Source: Nocardioides sp. | Lineage (GTDB): Bacteria; Actinomycetota; Actinomycetes; Propionibacteriales; Nocardioidaceae | Direction of reading: 5' to 3' | DNA: 64,000 nucleotides | NCBI GenBank assembly: GCA_044464665.1 | Contig: JBIQLB010000020.1 | Coordinates: forward strand, 3,104-67,103 | Shown: piece after piece, positions 1 through 8,189 of the stretch | How positions within the stretch are numbered: the stretch's first letter is position 1 | How the letters are laid out: each line of letters begins with the position of its first letter | The notes under the pieces: model-generated | Databases searched by the model: none | Told to the model about the DNA's origin: nothing | Seen by the model: only the letters and a program-made list of their open reading frames with translations | Program-made: the position numbers and the translations under genes

Positions 1-35
1 GACGGGCCCGAACCCCTGGAGGGTTCGGGCCCGTC
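1..35. terminator. Perfect GC-rich hairpin at the window edge, probably the terminator of a gene upstream of the window
   Basis: GACGGGCCCGAACCC-ctgga-GGGTTCGGGCCCGTC (15-bp stem, 5-nt loop) read directly, followed by GTCGTTTCT. Confidence 0.5.
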
Positions 36-92
36 GTCGTTTCTCCGGGGGACGGCGATGGCCGGCCCGGCGGCCGCCTACGATGTCGCCTC

Positions 93-1430
93 GTGAGGTG
101 GCTCGGGGGCAGGGTGTGGGCCGCGGCGGCGCTGGCGCTCGCCGTGGTGCTGCCGCTCGCTCCCCGGGCCGCGGCTGCGGAGCCAGCGATCCGCGTCCTC
201 GTCGTCGGCGACTCCATCACCCAGGGCTCGGCCGGCGACTGGACCTGGCGCTACCGGCTCTGGCAGCACCTGCGCGAGGAGCGGGTCGACGTGGACTTCG
301 TCGGCCCGCGCGAGGATCTCTTCGACAACGTCGCCAAGGTCCAGGGCTCGACGGCCTATGCCGACGCGGCGTTCGACCGTGATCACGCCGCGGTCTGGGG
401 CGCCGCCTTCGCGTGGTCCGGCTACACCGCTGGCTCGCTCGGCGATGGCTACGAGCCGGACGTCGTGATCGTGATGATGGGTCTCAACGACCTCACCTTC
501 GGTGGCCGGACGCCGTCGGCGGTCGTGGAGTCGACGCGCGACTGGATCGACGCCGCGCGTGCCCAGAACCCCTCTGTTGACATCGTTCTGGGGCAGCAGA
601 CCCCGACGTGGATCGCGCCGTCGGTCGGCGAGCTCAACGCCGGACTGGGCGACCTGGCCACCGAGCTGGACGAGCCCGGCTCCAGGGTGGTGGTCGCCGA
701 GACGGCCGCCGGCTATCAGGAGGCCCGCGACACCTGGGACGGCGTACATCCCAATGCCGTGGGCGAGGTGCGCATCGCGGCGGCGATGGCCGACGCGCTC
801 GGCCTGATCGGGATCGGCGGGTCGTACCCGCGTCCGCTGCCGCGGGTGCCTCTCGGACCCACGACCGCACCGGTCGTGACGGCCGTCCCGGGTGTGCGAT
901 CGGTCGTGCTCGACTGGAGCCTGCCGCCGGGCGCGACCGGAGCCGTCGTCCATCGGCGCGACGTGACGGCGGGATCGGCGTGGAGTCGCGGCCCGACGGT
1001 GCCGGGCGCCGGGCCGCTGGTCGTCCCCGGGCTGGTGGGAGGCCACCGGTACGCGTTCTCGCTGAGCGGGGTCAAGGGCACCGCGGAGTCCGACGTCCGC
1101 TCCTCCGTCGTCTCGGCCGTCGTCGCGCGACCGCCGCTCCGGGCCGTGCGCGTGCGTTCGGCACGCAGCCCGCGTCGCGACGTCGTGCGCACCACCGCCC
1201 GGCGATCAGCGCTGGCCGACGGGTACGTCGTGCTGGTCGACCCTGCTCGACGGTGCGGCCGCATGCCCGCGGACCGCGCGTTCGCCGTGGCGGGCCGGGC
1301 GCTGCGGGTGCGCCCGGTGGCCCGGATCCGCACCGAGGCCCCGGCGCTGTGGGTGCGCTGGCTCCCGGTCCGTGACGGCGTGCGCGGCGAGATCGCGGCC
1401 CGATCCACCCGGTGCACGGAGGTTCGCTGA
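93..1430 (+). CDS. Secreted SGNH/GDSL-family hydrolase with a C-terminal Ig/Fn3-like extension
   Basis: GTG start. Signal peptide MRWLGGRVWAAAALALAVVLPLAPRAAAA. SGNH blocks VVGDSITQG, MMGLNDL and DGVHPN. Confidence 0.8.
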   Translation: MRWLGGRVWAAAALALAVVLPLAPRAAAAEPAIRVLVVGDSITQGSAGDWTWRYRLWQHLREERVDVDFVGPREDLFDNVAKVQGSTAYADAAFDRDHAAVWGAAFAWSGYTAGSLGDGYEPDVVIVMMGLNDLTFGGRTPSAVVESTRDWIDAARAQNPSVDIVLGQQTPTWIAPSVGELNAGLGDLATELDEPGSRVVVAETAAGYQEARDTWDGVHPNAVGEVRIAAAMADALGLIGIGGSYPRPLPRVPLGPTTAPVVTAVPGVRSVVLDWSLPPGATGAVVHRRDVTAGSAWSRGPTVPGAGPLVVPGLVGGHRYAFSLSGVKGTAESDVRSSVVSAVVARPPLRAVRVRSARSPRRDVVRTTARRSALADGYVVLVDPARRCGRMPADRAFAVAGRALRVRPVARIRTEAPALWVRWLPVRDGVRGEIAARSTRCTEVR

Positions 1431-1611
1431 GCCCGGCCGGTCGGCAGGGACGCGCCGCCCGTAGGCGAGGGCGCCGAGCTCGTCGTGAGGGAGGCGTCGG
1501 CTGCCGGCGCCGGCGAAGGCGTCGCTGCGGGCGTAGCGGACCAGGGCGACCAGGCCCGCGATCAGGGCCGGCCCGGCGGCGAGGGTGGTGAGGATCTCGG
1601 TCATGGCAGTA

Positions 1612-1646
1612 ATCGTGCTACCGCACGATCAATGCCACCAGTGGCA
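1612..1646. promoter_or_regulatory. Two adjacent palindromes upstream of the GlxA-type regulator gene (candidate operators)
   Basis: ATCGTGC-tacc-GCACGAT (1612-1629) and TGCCAC-ca-GTGGCA (1633-1646), read directly. Confidence 0.3.
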
Positions 1647-1685
1647 GAAAAGACAGTGACCCTCGTTTTCCTGCCAGATCCGTGC

Positions 1686-1691
1686 CATCCT
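1686..1691 (+). promoter_or_regulatory. -10-like hexamer 6 nt before the start codon (possible leaderless promoter)
   Basis: CATCCT-ggctgg-ATG(1698). Confidence 0.3.
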
Positions 1692-1697
1692 GGCTGG

Positions 1698-2660
1698 ATG
1701 CTGACCGACGTCGCCGTCATCGCCTACGACGGCGTGGCCCCCTTCGAGCTCGGCGTCCTCTGCGAGGCCTGGGGACTCGACCGCACCGAGCACGGCGTGC
1801 CTCCCGTGGACTTCGCCGTCTGCACGCCGACGCCCGGCGAGATCCGGAGCTCCATGGGATTCGGGCTGAGCGTCGAGCACGACCTGTCCCGCGCCGCGCA
1901 CGCCGACCTGGTCTGCCTGCCGGCCCAGAAGGGCGGATACCCCGTGCCGCAGGAGGTGCTCGACGTCGTGCGGCAGACCGTCGAGCGCGGCGCGCGGGTG
2001 CTCTCGGTCTGCTCGGGCGCCTTCATCCTGGGGGAGGCGGGGCTGCTCGACGGTCGCGGCTGCACCACGCACTGGATGTACACCGAGGAGCTGCAGCGCC
2101 GGTTCCCGTTGGCGCGGGTCGTGCCCGAGGTGCTCTACGTCGACGAGGATCCGGTCATCACCTCGGCCGGTTCGGCTGCGGGCCTCGATGCCTGTTTGCA
2201 CCTATGGCGCAAGGAATTCGGCTCTCGCGTCGCCTCGATGGTCGCCCGCCGCATGGTCGTGCCGCCGCAGCGTGACGGTGGTCAGGCGCAGTACATCGCC
2301 CGCGCCGTGCCGGACTGCACCGCCGAGACCCTGGGCCCGTTGCTGTCCTGGGTCGTGGAGCACCTGGGCGAGGACCACGGCGTGGAGGCCCTCGCCGCGC
2401 GGGCGCACATGTCGCCGCGGACCTTCGCGCGACGGTTCCGCGAGGAGACCGGCACGACCCCGCACGCCTGGGTCAGCCGGCAGCGGGTGCTCGCCGCCGA
2501 GGAGCTGCTGGAGACCACCGACCAGTCCATCGAGTGGATCGCCGGGCAGGTGGGCTTCGGCAACGCCGCCACCATGCGCCAGCACTTCACCCGGGTGCGC
2601 GGCACCAGCCCGCAGCGCTACCGGCGCTCGTTCACCTGCCTGGACGAGGAGACGGCGTGA
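1698..2660 (+). CDS. GlxA-family transcriptional regulator (DJ-1/PfpI-like domain plus AraC-type HTH)
   Basis: Track ORF 1485..2660 trimmed to ATG 1698 (MLTDVAVIAYDGVAPFELG). Has the LSVCSGAFILGEAGLL nucleophile-elbow-like motif. The C-terminal AraC HTH reads SPRTFARRFREETGTTPHAWVSRQRV...MRQHFTRVRGTSPQRYRR. Confidence 0.85.
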   Translation: MLTDVAVIAYDGVAPFELGVLCEAWGLDRTEHGVPPVDFAVCTPTPGEIRSSMGFGLSVEHDLSRAAHADLVCLPAQKGGYPVPQEVLDVVRQTVERGARVLSVCSGAFILGEAGLLDGRGCTTHWMYTEELQRRFPLARVVPEVLYVDEDPVITSAGSAAGLDACLHLWRKEFGSRVASMVARRMVVPPQRDGGQAQYIARAVPDCTAETLGPLLSWVVEHLGEDHGVEALAARAHMSPRTFARRFREETGTTPHAWVSRQRVLAAEELLETTDQSIEWIAGQVGFGNAATMRQHFTRVRGTSPQRYRRSFTCLDEETA

Positions 2661-3894
2661 GCTCGCGCCGCAGCACCTTCCCGGTGAGCGTGCGGGGGAG
2701 CGCGTCGAGGAAGGCGTAGTCCTTCGGTCGCTTCGGCGGCGCGAGGCGCTCGCGCGCCCAGTCGTCGAGGGCTCCCTCGCTGACCTTGCCGACGACGGCG
2801 GCACAGACCCGTTGGCCCCATCGCTCGTCCGGTACGCCGTACACGGCGATGTCCTCGACGCCCGGGCACTGTCCGAGCACGTTCTCCACCTCCGCGGGGT
2901 AGACGTTCACGCCACCGGAGATGACCAGGTCCTCGCGCCGGCCGTCGAGATAGAGGTAGCCGTCCTCGTCGAGCCGGCCGAGATCGCCGACGGAGAACTC
3001 GTCGCCGTGCCAGGAGGCCGCCGTCTTCTCCGGAGCGCCGAAGTACTCGAAGCGCGCGTGCCGTGGCACCGCGCACCAGATCTGCCCGTGCTCGTCGACG
3101 CGCAGCGACCGGCCCGGCCGGGCGCGGCCCACGGTGCCGGGTCGCGCCAGCCACTCCTCGCTGCGGCAGGCGGTGAACTGGCCCTCGGTGGAGCCGTAGA
3201 ACTCCCAGGTCGATCCGGGCGGGAACGCCTCGATCAGCCTTGTCTTGAGGGCATCTGGGCAGGGAGCGCCGGCATGTGCCAGCAGCCGGAAGGAGCCGAG
3301 ATCCGGCCAGCCGGCCGTGTCCCAGTGGGCGAAGAGCCGCTGCAGATGGGCCGGCACGCAGAAGGCCGTGGTGGGGCGCTCGGCGGCGATGGTCTCGGTG
3401 AGGAAGGCGGCATCGAAGCCGGGTTGCCGTCCGTGCTCGAAGCCGGTGATCCGCCCGCCGGCCAGCAGCGTGCCCATGGCGAAGCGCAGCGGCGCCGAGT
3501 GGTAGAGCGGGCCGAGCACGAGGTTGACGTCGCCGGCCTCGAAGCCCCACAGGTCGCGCTCCTCGGCGAGCAGGGCGTGGGCGTCGTCGGGGCCCAGCAC
3601 GCCGCTCCACACGCCCTTGGGCACGCCGGTCGTGCCGCTGGTGACGTGCATCGGCCGGGCGAGCGGCACCTCGCCGGGTGACCAGCCCAGATCGAGCTCG
3701 GCCAGCTCCTCGGTGTCGGTGACGACCAGGGTCGGGTCCAGTCCGGCGAGGATCCGGGTGCGCTCGTGCTCGGTGAGCCGCGGGTCCATCGGGATGGGCA
3801 CGATGCCCCTCACCAGCAGGGAGAGCACCGCATCGACGTACCTCGTGGAGCCGGGCACCAGCAGGGCGACGCGGTCTCCGGCGTGCAGTGGCAT
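2632..3894 (-). CDS. AMP-dependent synthetase/ligase (class I adenylate-forming enzyme), short form
   Basis: TSGTTGVPKG AMP-binding signature plus GDLGRLDEDGYLYLDGRREDLVISGGVNVYPAEVE. Track ORF trimmed to ATG 3894 (MPLHAGDRVALLVPG). 420 aa, N-terminally short for the family. The 3' end overlaps the convergent regulator gene by 29 nt. Confidence 0.75.
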   Translation of the reverse strand: MPLHAGDRVALLVPGSTRYVDAVLSLLVRGIVPIPMDPRLTEHERTRILAGLDPTLVVTDTEELAELDLGWSPGEVPLARPMHVTSGTTGVPKGVWSGVLGPDDAHALLAEERDLWGFEAGDVNLVLGPLYHSAPLRFAMGTLLAGGRITGFEHGRQPGFDAAFLTETIAAERPTTAFCVPAHLQRLFAHWDTAGWPDLGSFRLLAHAGAPCPDALKTRLIEAFPPGSTWEFYGSTEGQFTACRSEEWLARPGTVGRARPGRSLRVDEHGQIWCAVPRHARFEYFGAPEKTAASWHGDEFSVGDLGRLDEDGYLYLDGRREDLVISGGVNVYPAEVENVLGQCPGVEDIAVYGVPDERWGQRVCAAVVGKVSEGALDDWARERLAPPKRPKDYAFLDALPRTLTGKVLRRELTPSPRPGR

Positions 3895-3939
3895 CCCGTC
3901 ATTCTCCCCACTGACGGATCCGGCCGGCACACCGGCTGC

Positions 3940-3945
3940 GATACT
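3940..3945 (+). promoter_or_regulatory. -10-like hexamer 6 nt before the coaE start (possible leaderless promoter)
   Basis: GATACT-cccgcc-GTG(3952). Confidence 0.35.
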
Positions 3946-3951
3946 CCCGCC

Positions 3952-4542
3952 GTGACCAAGCGAGTCGGACTGACCGGGGGCATCGCCTCGGGCAAGAGCA
4001 CCGTGTCGGCGATCCTGCGCGAGCTCGGCGCCGTCGTCATCGACGCCGACGCCCTGGCGCGGGAGGTGGTCGAGAAGGGCACACCGGGCCTGGACGCCGT
4101 CGTCGCCGAGTTCGGGCCCTCGATCCTCACGGCCGAGGGCGACCTGGACCGCCCGGCGATGGGCGCGCTGGTCTTCGCCGATGCGGGTGCGCGCCGCCGG
4201 CTGGAGGCGATCGTGCACCCACTGGTGTTCGAGCGGATCGTGGCGCTGGAGGAGTCCGCACCGGCGGACGCCCTGGTGGTGCACGACATCCCGCTGCTCG
4301 CCGAGAGCGGCCGCGCGGACACCTTCGACGCGGTCATCGTCGTGCATGCGCCCGAGGACGTGCAGATCGAGCGGATGGTGCGCGACCGCGGCTGGACCGA
4401 GGAGGAGGCCCGCGCGCGGATCGCCGCACAGGCGTCCGCCGAGGACCGGCTCGCCCTGGCGACGTACGTCATCGACAACACCGGGACACGCGAAGACCTC
4501 CGCGAGCGGGTCACGGAGGTCTTCGAGGCCCTGCGGGCCTGA
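3952..4542 (+). CDS. coaE: Dephospho-CoA kinase
   Basis: GTG start giving VTKRVGLTGGIASGKSTV (P-loop). Full-length CoaE-like sequence of 196 aa. Confidence 0.9.
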   Translation: MTKRVGLTGGIASGKSTVSAILRELGAVVIDADALAREVVEKGTPGLDAVVAEFGPSILTAEGDLDRPAMGALVFADAGARRRLEAIVHPLVFERIVALEESAPADALVVHDIPLLAESGRADTFDAVIVVHAPEDVQIERMVRDRGWTEEEARARIAAQASAEDRLALATYVIDNTGTREDLRERVTEVFEALRA

Positions 4543-4572
4543 CTCAGGAGGGAGCCAGGCCCGCAGAGCGAG

Positions 4573-5520
4573 TCAGGCGGCCAGGTCGGGATCGGCCAGC
4601 TTGCGCAGCTTGGCGATCGCCTCGCGCTCGAGCTGGCGGACGCGCTCGGCGGAGATGCCGTGCTTGACGCCGATGTCGGCCAGCTTGTGCTGGCGCCCGT
4701 CGACCAGGCCGTAGCGCGAGCGGATGATGTCGGCGGACCGCTCGTCGAGGTGCTCGACCAGCTCGTTGAGCCGGTCACGCGCCTCGGTGTCGAGCACCGA
4801 CAGGTCCGGTCCCGGCGCGCTCTCCTGGGCGATCAGGTCGCCCAGCGAGGTGTCGCCGTCGGTGTCCAGCGGCATGTCCAGGCTGACGTGCTCGCGGCCC
4901 CAGCCGATCAGGTCGATGACCCGGTCGATGTCCAGGCCCAGCTCCTCGGCGATCTCCGCCGGGTCGGGCTCGCGGCCGAGCTGGCGCTCCAGGGTGCGCC
5001 GCGCGGCGGAGACCTGGTTGAGCTCCTCGACGACGTGCACGGGCAGCCGGACGACGCGCGCCTGCTGGGCGATGCCGCGGGTGATGGCCTGACGCACCCA
5101 CCAGGTGGCGTACGTCGAGAACTTGTAGCCCTTGGCGTAGTCGAACTTCTCGACCGCGCGGATCAGGCCGGTGTTGCCCTCCTGGATCAGGTCGAGCATC
5201 GGCATCGCGCTGCGGCCGTACTTGCGGGCGATCGAGACAACCAGACGCAGGTTGGCGTTGATGAACTGCTGCATCGCGCGCTCGCCCTCCTCGACGAGCC
5301 AGCGCAGCTCGGCCTCGGTCGCGTAGCCGGGAGCACCGCCCTTGCGGCGCCCGACACGACCGGTCTCGAGGAGATGGGCAGCCATCAGGCCGGCTTCGAT
5401 CGCCTTGGACAGCTCAACCTCGGTGATGGCGTCGAGTAGCGGGGTGCGCGCGATCTCGTCGAGGTACAGCCCGACACTGTCGCGCCCCTCGATCTCTCGC
5501 TCGGTCCTGGTTGCGGTCAC
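4573..5520 (-). CDS. Group-2 sigma-70 family RNA polymerase sigma factor (SigB/Hrd-like paralogue of the primary sigma)
   Basis: [41 protein letters not shown], plus regions 3 and 4 and a C-terminal HTH (LADIGVKHGISAERVRQLEREAIAKLR). No Lys/Ala tail. Start set at GTG 5520, preceded by GGAAGAGAGG. Confidence 0.85.
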   Translation of the reverse strand: MTATRTEREIEGRDSVGLYLDEIARTPLLDAITEVELSKAIEAGLMAAHLLETGRVGRRKGGAPGYATEAELRWLVEEGERAMQQFINANLRLVVSIARKYGRSAMPMLDLIQEGNTGLIRAVEKFDYAKGYKFSTYATWWVRQAITRGIAQQARVVRLPVHVVEELNQVSAARRTLERQLGREPDPAEIAEELGLDIDRVIDLIGWGREHVSLDMPLDTDGDTSLGDLIAQESAPGPDLSVLDTEARDRLNELVEHLDERSADIIRSRYGLVDGRQHKLADIGVKHGISAERVRQLEREAIAKLRKLADPDLAA

Positions 5521-5659
5521 TGCGGCCTCTCTTCCATGGCAGCGTGGTCCGGTGGTCGCCGGTCCATCCATCTCAACGCTCCGCCGGTGTGCGAGATTCC
5601 CCCGTCCCCGGTGTGCGTCTTCACCTCCTCTGACGTCCGGGTCAGGCGCGAAGTTGCAC

Positions 5660-5687
5660 ATATGACGGGTTCTCAGGCACTTCTCAA
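5660..5687 (-). promoter_or_regulatory. Candidate sigma-70-type promoter of the group-2 sigma gene (long 5' UTR)
   Basis: Minus strand reads TTGAGA-N16-TCATAT. Confidence 0.3.
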
Positions 5688-5699
5688 GAAGCGGAGCGG

Positions 5700-5705
5700 C
5701 ACACT
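5700..5705 (+). promoter_or_regulatory. -10-like hexamer 6 nt before the pxpA start (possible leaderless promoter)
   Basis: CACACT-gggaac-GTG(5712). Confidence 0.3.
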
Positions 5706-5711
5706 GGGAAC

Positions 5712-6458
5712 GTGCCCGAAACGCCGTTCTCCACACCTGCGGACCCCGCGGGCCGCCCGATCGACCTCAACGCCGATCTCGGGGAGGGCGTCACCGACGA
5801 CGCCGCGCTCCTGGAGGTCGTGACCAGCGCCAACGTGGCCTGCGGCTACCACGCCGGGGACGCGGGCGTCATGCGCGAGGTCTGCGACGAGGCGGTACGC
5901 CGCGGCGTGGTCATCGGCGCCCAGGTCTCGTACGCCGATCGCGAGGGGTTCGGCCGCCGGCGGATGGACGTCGAGGCGCGGACGCTGACCGCCTGGGTGG
6001 CCGACCAGGTCGCGGCGCTCTCCGAGATCGCCGCCTCGGCCGGGGGAGCGGTGGGGTACGTCAAGCCGCACGGCGCGCTCTACAACCGGGTCGTCGACGA
6101 CGAGCGCCAGGCCGCGGCGGTGCTCGCCGGCAGCGGCGGCCTGCCGGTGCTCGGCCTCCCCGGATCGGCGCTGCTGCGGCTGGCGGCCGCGGAGGGGCGG
6201 CTGGCCGTGCCCGAGGGCTTCCCGGACCGCGGCTACACCCCCGAGGGGCGGCTGCTGCCCCGCGACCGCCCGGGCGCGCTGGTCCACGAGCCGGGTGACG
6301 TGGCCGCCAACGCGGTGCGCCTGGCCCGGGGCGGCGCCGTGGTGACGGTCTGCGTCCACGGGGACTCCGCCGGCGCGGTCGACGCGGCCCACGCGGTGCA
6401 CGGAGCGCTGCGCGCGGCCGGCTACCGGGTCGCCCCCTGGGCAGCCTCGAGTCGCTAG
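5712..6458 (+). CDS. pxpA: LamB/YcsF family protein, 5-oxoprolinase subunit A
   Basis: IDLNADLGEG...SANVACGYHAGD...VKPHGALYN, typical of LamB/YcsF. No pxpB/pxpC next to it. Confidence 0.85.
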   Translation: MPETPFSTPADPAGRPIDLNADLGEGVTDDAALLEVVTSANVACGYHAGDAGVMREVCDEAVRRGVVIGAQVSYADREGFGRRRMDVEARTLTAWVADQVAALSEIAASAGGAVGYVKPHGALYNRVVDDERQAAAVLAGSGGLPVLGLPGSALLRLAAAEGRLAVPEGFPDRGYTPEGRLLPRDRPGALVHEPGDVAANAVRLARGGAVVTVCVHGDSAGAVDAAHAVHGALRAAGYRVAPWAASSR

Positions 6459-6461
6459 GCC

Positions 6462-6533
6462 GTCCACAGCTGGAGGCCCGTACCTGTGGAGATCGGGCCG
6501 AATTCTGTGGACCGAGTCACTGGAGTTGTGGAC
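6462..6533. promoter_or_regulatory. Phased array of four DnaA-box-like motifs (core TGTGGA / TCCACA)
   Basis: GTCCACAG 6462-6469 (inverted), CTGTGGAG 6484-6491, CTGTGGAC 6505-6512, TTGTGGAC 6526-6533. The three direct copies are exactly 21 bp apart. Confidence 0.45.
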
Positions 6534-6588
6534 GAGCCTGTGAGTTGCAAGAAATCTCGAAAAAAGTCGCGCTGAGGTCTTGCGCGCC

Positions 6589-6602
6589 GTGACCGGGGTC
6601 AC
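6589..6602. promoter_or_regulatory. Perfect 14-bp palindrome inside a promoter-like spacer
   Basis: GTGACCGGGGTCAC lies between TTGCGC (6580-6585) and TAGAAA (6604-6609). Confidence 0.3.
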
Positions 6603-6762
6603 GTAGAAATCTCTTACCGCGATCCGCAAGGACCGTGGCGGACCGGACGGAGATCCAGGTTCCACCCGGAGGGGCAACCCACCGGAGATCGCCGGGTGAC
6701 AAGGCGATGGGAGCCAGGAGAAGACGATCGGTTCGGGATCGAATGTCACCGGAATCCCACCA

Positions 6763-6799
6763 GTGAGGCCCGTGAAACTCATACTTTCACGGGCCTCAC
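6763..6799. terminator. Strong hairpin between pxpA and dinB (bidirectional terminator candidate)
   Basis: GTGAGGCCCGTGAAA-ctcatac-TTTCACGGGCCTCAC (15-bp perfect stem). On the + strand it is followed by a T-rich stretch, ...TTTCCGGCacaTTTTCCGGCTTTTTC. Confidence 0.6.
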
Positions 6800-6830
6800 G
6801 CCAATTTCCGGCACATTTTCCGGCTTTTTC

Positions 6831-8183
6831 TCAAGCCTCGTCCTCCGCCTCCGGAATATCGGCCACGCGCGCCGGCTGGACGGCCTGGAGGCCCGGGTCG
6901 TCGCTGGGGAAGGACATCACCCGGCCAGGCCCCGTCTCGGCGGTCTCGAAGCGGACCGTGACGACGCCGCGGCCCGAGCCCCAGACCCATCCCCGGCCGT
7001 GCTCGGCATGCTCGACGTCCATCCCGGGTGACCAGGTGCGCCTCCGGTCGGCGTCGGCCAGGACCCGCTCCACCTCGGCGTCCGGCGCGGGACTCTCGGA
7101 CTCCTCGCCGCCGCCGAAGAGGTCCTCCTGGATCCAGTCGGCCAGGCCGGAGACGCCGACGCCGAGCAGCCGTACGCCGCCGGAGATGTCGAGGTCGACC
7201 AGCAGCGCCCGCGCGACTCGCTCGATCGTCCGGGGCTCGTCCGTCGGCGCCGGCAGGGTGCTCGACCGGGTGTGCGTGGAGAAGTCGTGCAGCCGGACCT
7301 TGAGGGTGACCGTGCGCCCGGACAGGCGGGCCGCACGCAGCCGGTCGCTGACCCGCGCCGCCTGCCGGGCCACGAGCGCCTCGACCAGGCGGCGGTCGAC
7401 GTGGTCGGTGTCGTAGGTGTCCTCGACGCTGACCGACTTGGTCTCGCGCTCGGGCTCGACGGCCCGGGAGTCCTCGGCCCGCGCCAGCTCGAAGAGCCGC
7501 TGGCCGTGGGCCTTGCCGAGGATCCGGACCAGCTCGTCGGCGCTGAGCTCCTCCAGCTCGGCCACGGTGTGCACGCCGACCCGGCGCAGGCTCTCGGCGG
7601 TCGCCGGCCCGACGCCCGGGATGACGGTGACCTGCATCGGCCGGAGCAGGTCGCGCTCCGTGCCCGGCGCGACCACGACGAGGCCGTCGGGCTTGTCCAG
7701 GTCGCTGGCGATCTTGGCCAGGAACTTCGAGCTGGCGATGCCCACCGACCCGGTCAGCCCGCCGGTGACCTCCGTCACCCTGGCCTTGAGCTCCTGGCCG
7801 AGGGCGTAGAGCGCGGTCACCGAGCAGTCCGTCACGCCGGGGGCGCCCTCCAGGTCCACGAACGCCTCGTCGAGCGAGAGCGGCTCCACCAGTGGGCTGA
7901 TCGACACCAGCAGGTCCATGACCGCGCGGCTGGTCTCGCGATAGGCGGCGAAGCGGCCGCCCAGGAAGGCCGCATGCGGGCAGCGGCGCCGCGCTTCGGC
8001 TGTCGACATCGCCGAGTGCACGCCGAAGGCCCGCGCCTCGTACGACGCGGTCGCGACCACGCCCCGGCCGCCGACGCCGCCGACCACGACCGGCTTGCCG
8101 CGCAGCGAGGGCTTGTCGCGCTGCTCCACCGCCGCGTAGAAGGCATCCAGATCCAGGTGCAGGATCGTCGCCTCGGCTCGCAT
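6831..8183 (-). CDS. dinB: DNA polymerase IV (Y-family) with a C-terminal extension
   Basis: MRAEATILHLDLDAFYAAVEQRDKPSLRGKPVVVGG...ASYEARAFGVHSAMS. 450 aa. Confidence 0.92.
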   Translation of the reverse strand: MRAEATILHLDLDAFYAAVEQRDKPSLRGKPVVVGGVGGRGVVATASYEARAFGVHSAMSTAEARRRCPHAAFLGGRFAAYRETSRAVMDLLVSISPLVEPLSLDEAFVDLEGAPGVTDCSVTALYALGQELKARVTEVTGGLTGSVGIASSKFLAKIASDLDKPDGLVVVAPGTERDLLRPMQVTVIPGVGPATAESLRRVGVHTVAELEELSADELVRILGKAHGQRLFELARAEDSRAVEPERETKSVSVEDTYDTDHVDRRLVEALVARQAARVSDRLRAARLSGRTVTLKVRLHDFSTHTRSSTLPAPTDEPRTIERVARALLVDLDISGGVRLLGVGVSGLADWIQEDLFGGGEESESPAPDAEVERVLADADRRRTWSPGMDVEHAEHGRGWVWGSGRGVVTVRFETAETGPGRVMSFPSDDPGLQAVQPARVADIPEAEDEA

Positions 8184-8189
8184 TCGCGC

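Noticed and set aside
1206-1604. 132-aa minus-strand ORF with a plausible N-terminal TM helix (MTEILTTLAAGPALIAGLVALV)
   Set aside because: It would overlap the 3' end of the SGNH hydrolase gene by about 225 nt, and its distal two thirds are Arg/Pro/His-rich. At most a much shorter peptide could be real, so it is not called.
4538-4577. CCTGACTC...GAGTCAGG inverted repeat between coaE and the group-2 sigma gene as a terminator
   Set aside because: It has only an 8-bp stem with a 24-nt loop, and both arms overlap the two stop codons. This is too weak to call.
6462-6533. The box array interpreted as oriC or as a CRISPR/iteron array
   Set aside because: There is no dnaA/dnaN context and no AT-rich unwinding element. 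Only the 7-8 bp core is repeated, not the full 21-bp unit, and there are no cas or rep genes.
6696-7031. 111-aa plus-strand ORF starting in the pxpA-dinB spacer
   Set aside because: It reads straight through the 15-bp terminator hairpin and then antisense into dinB. Its composition is odd.
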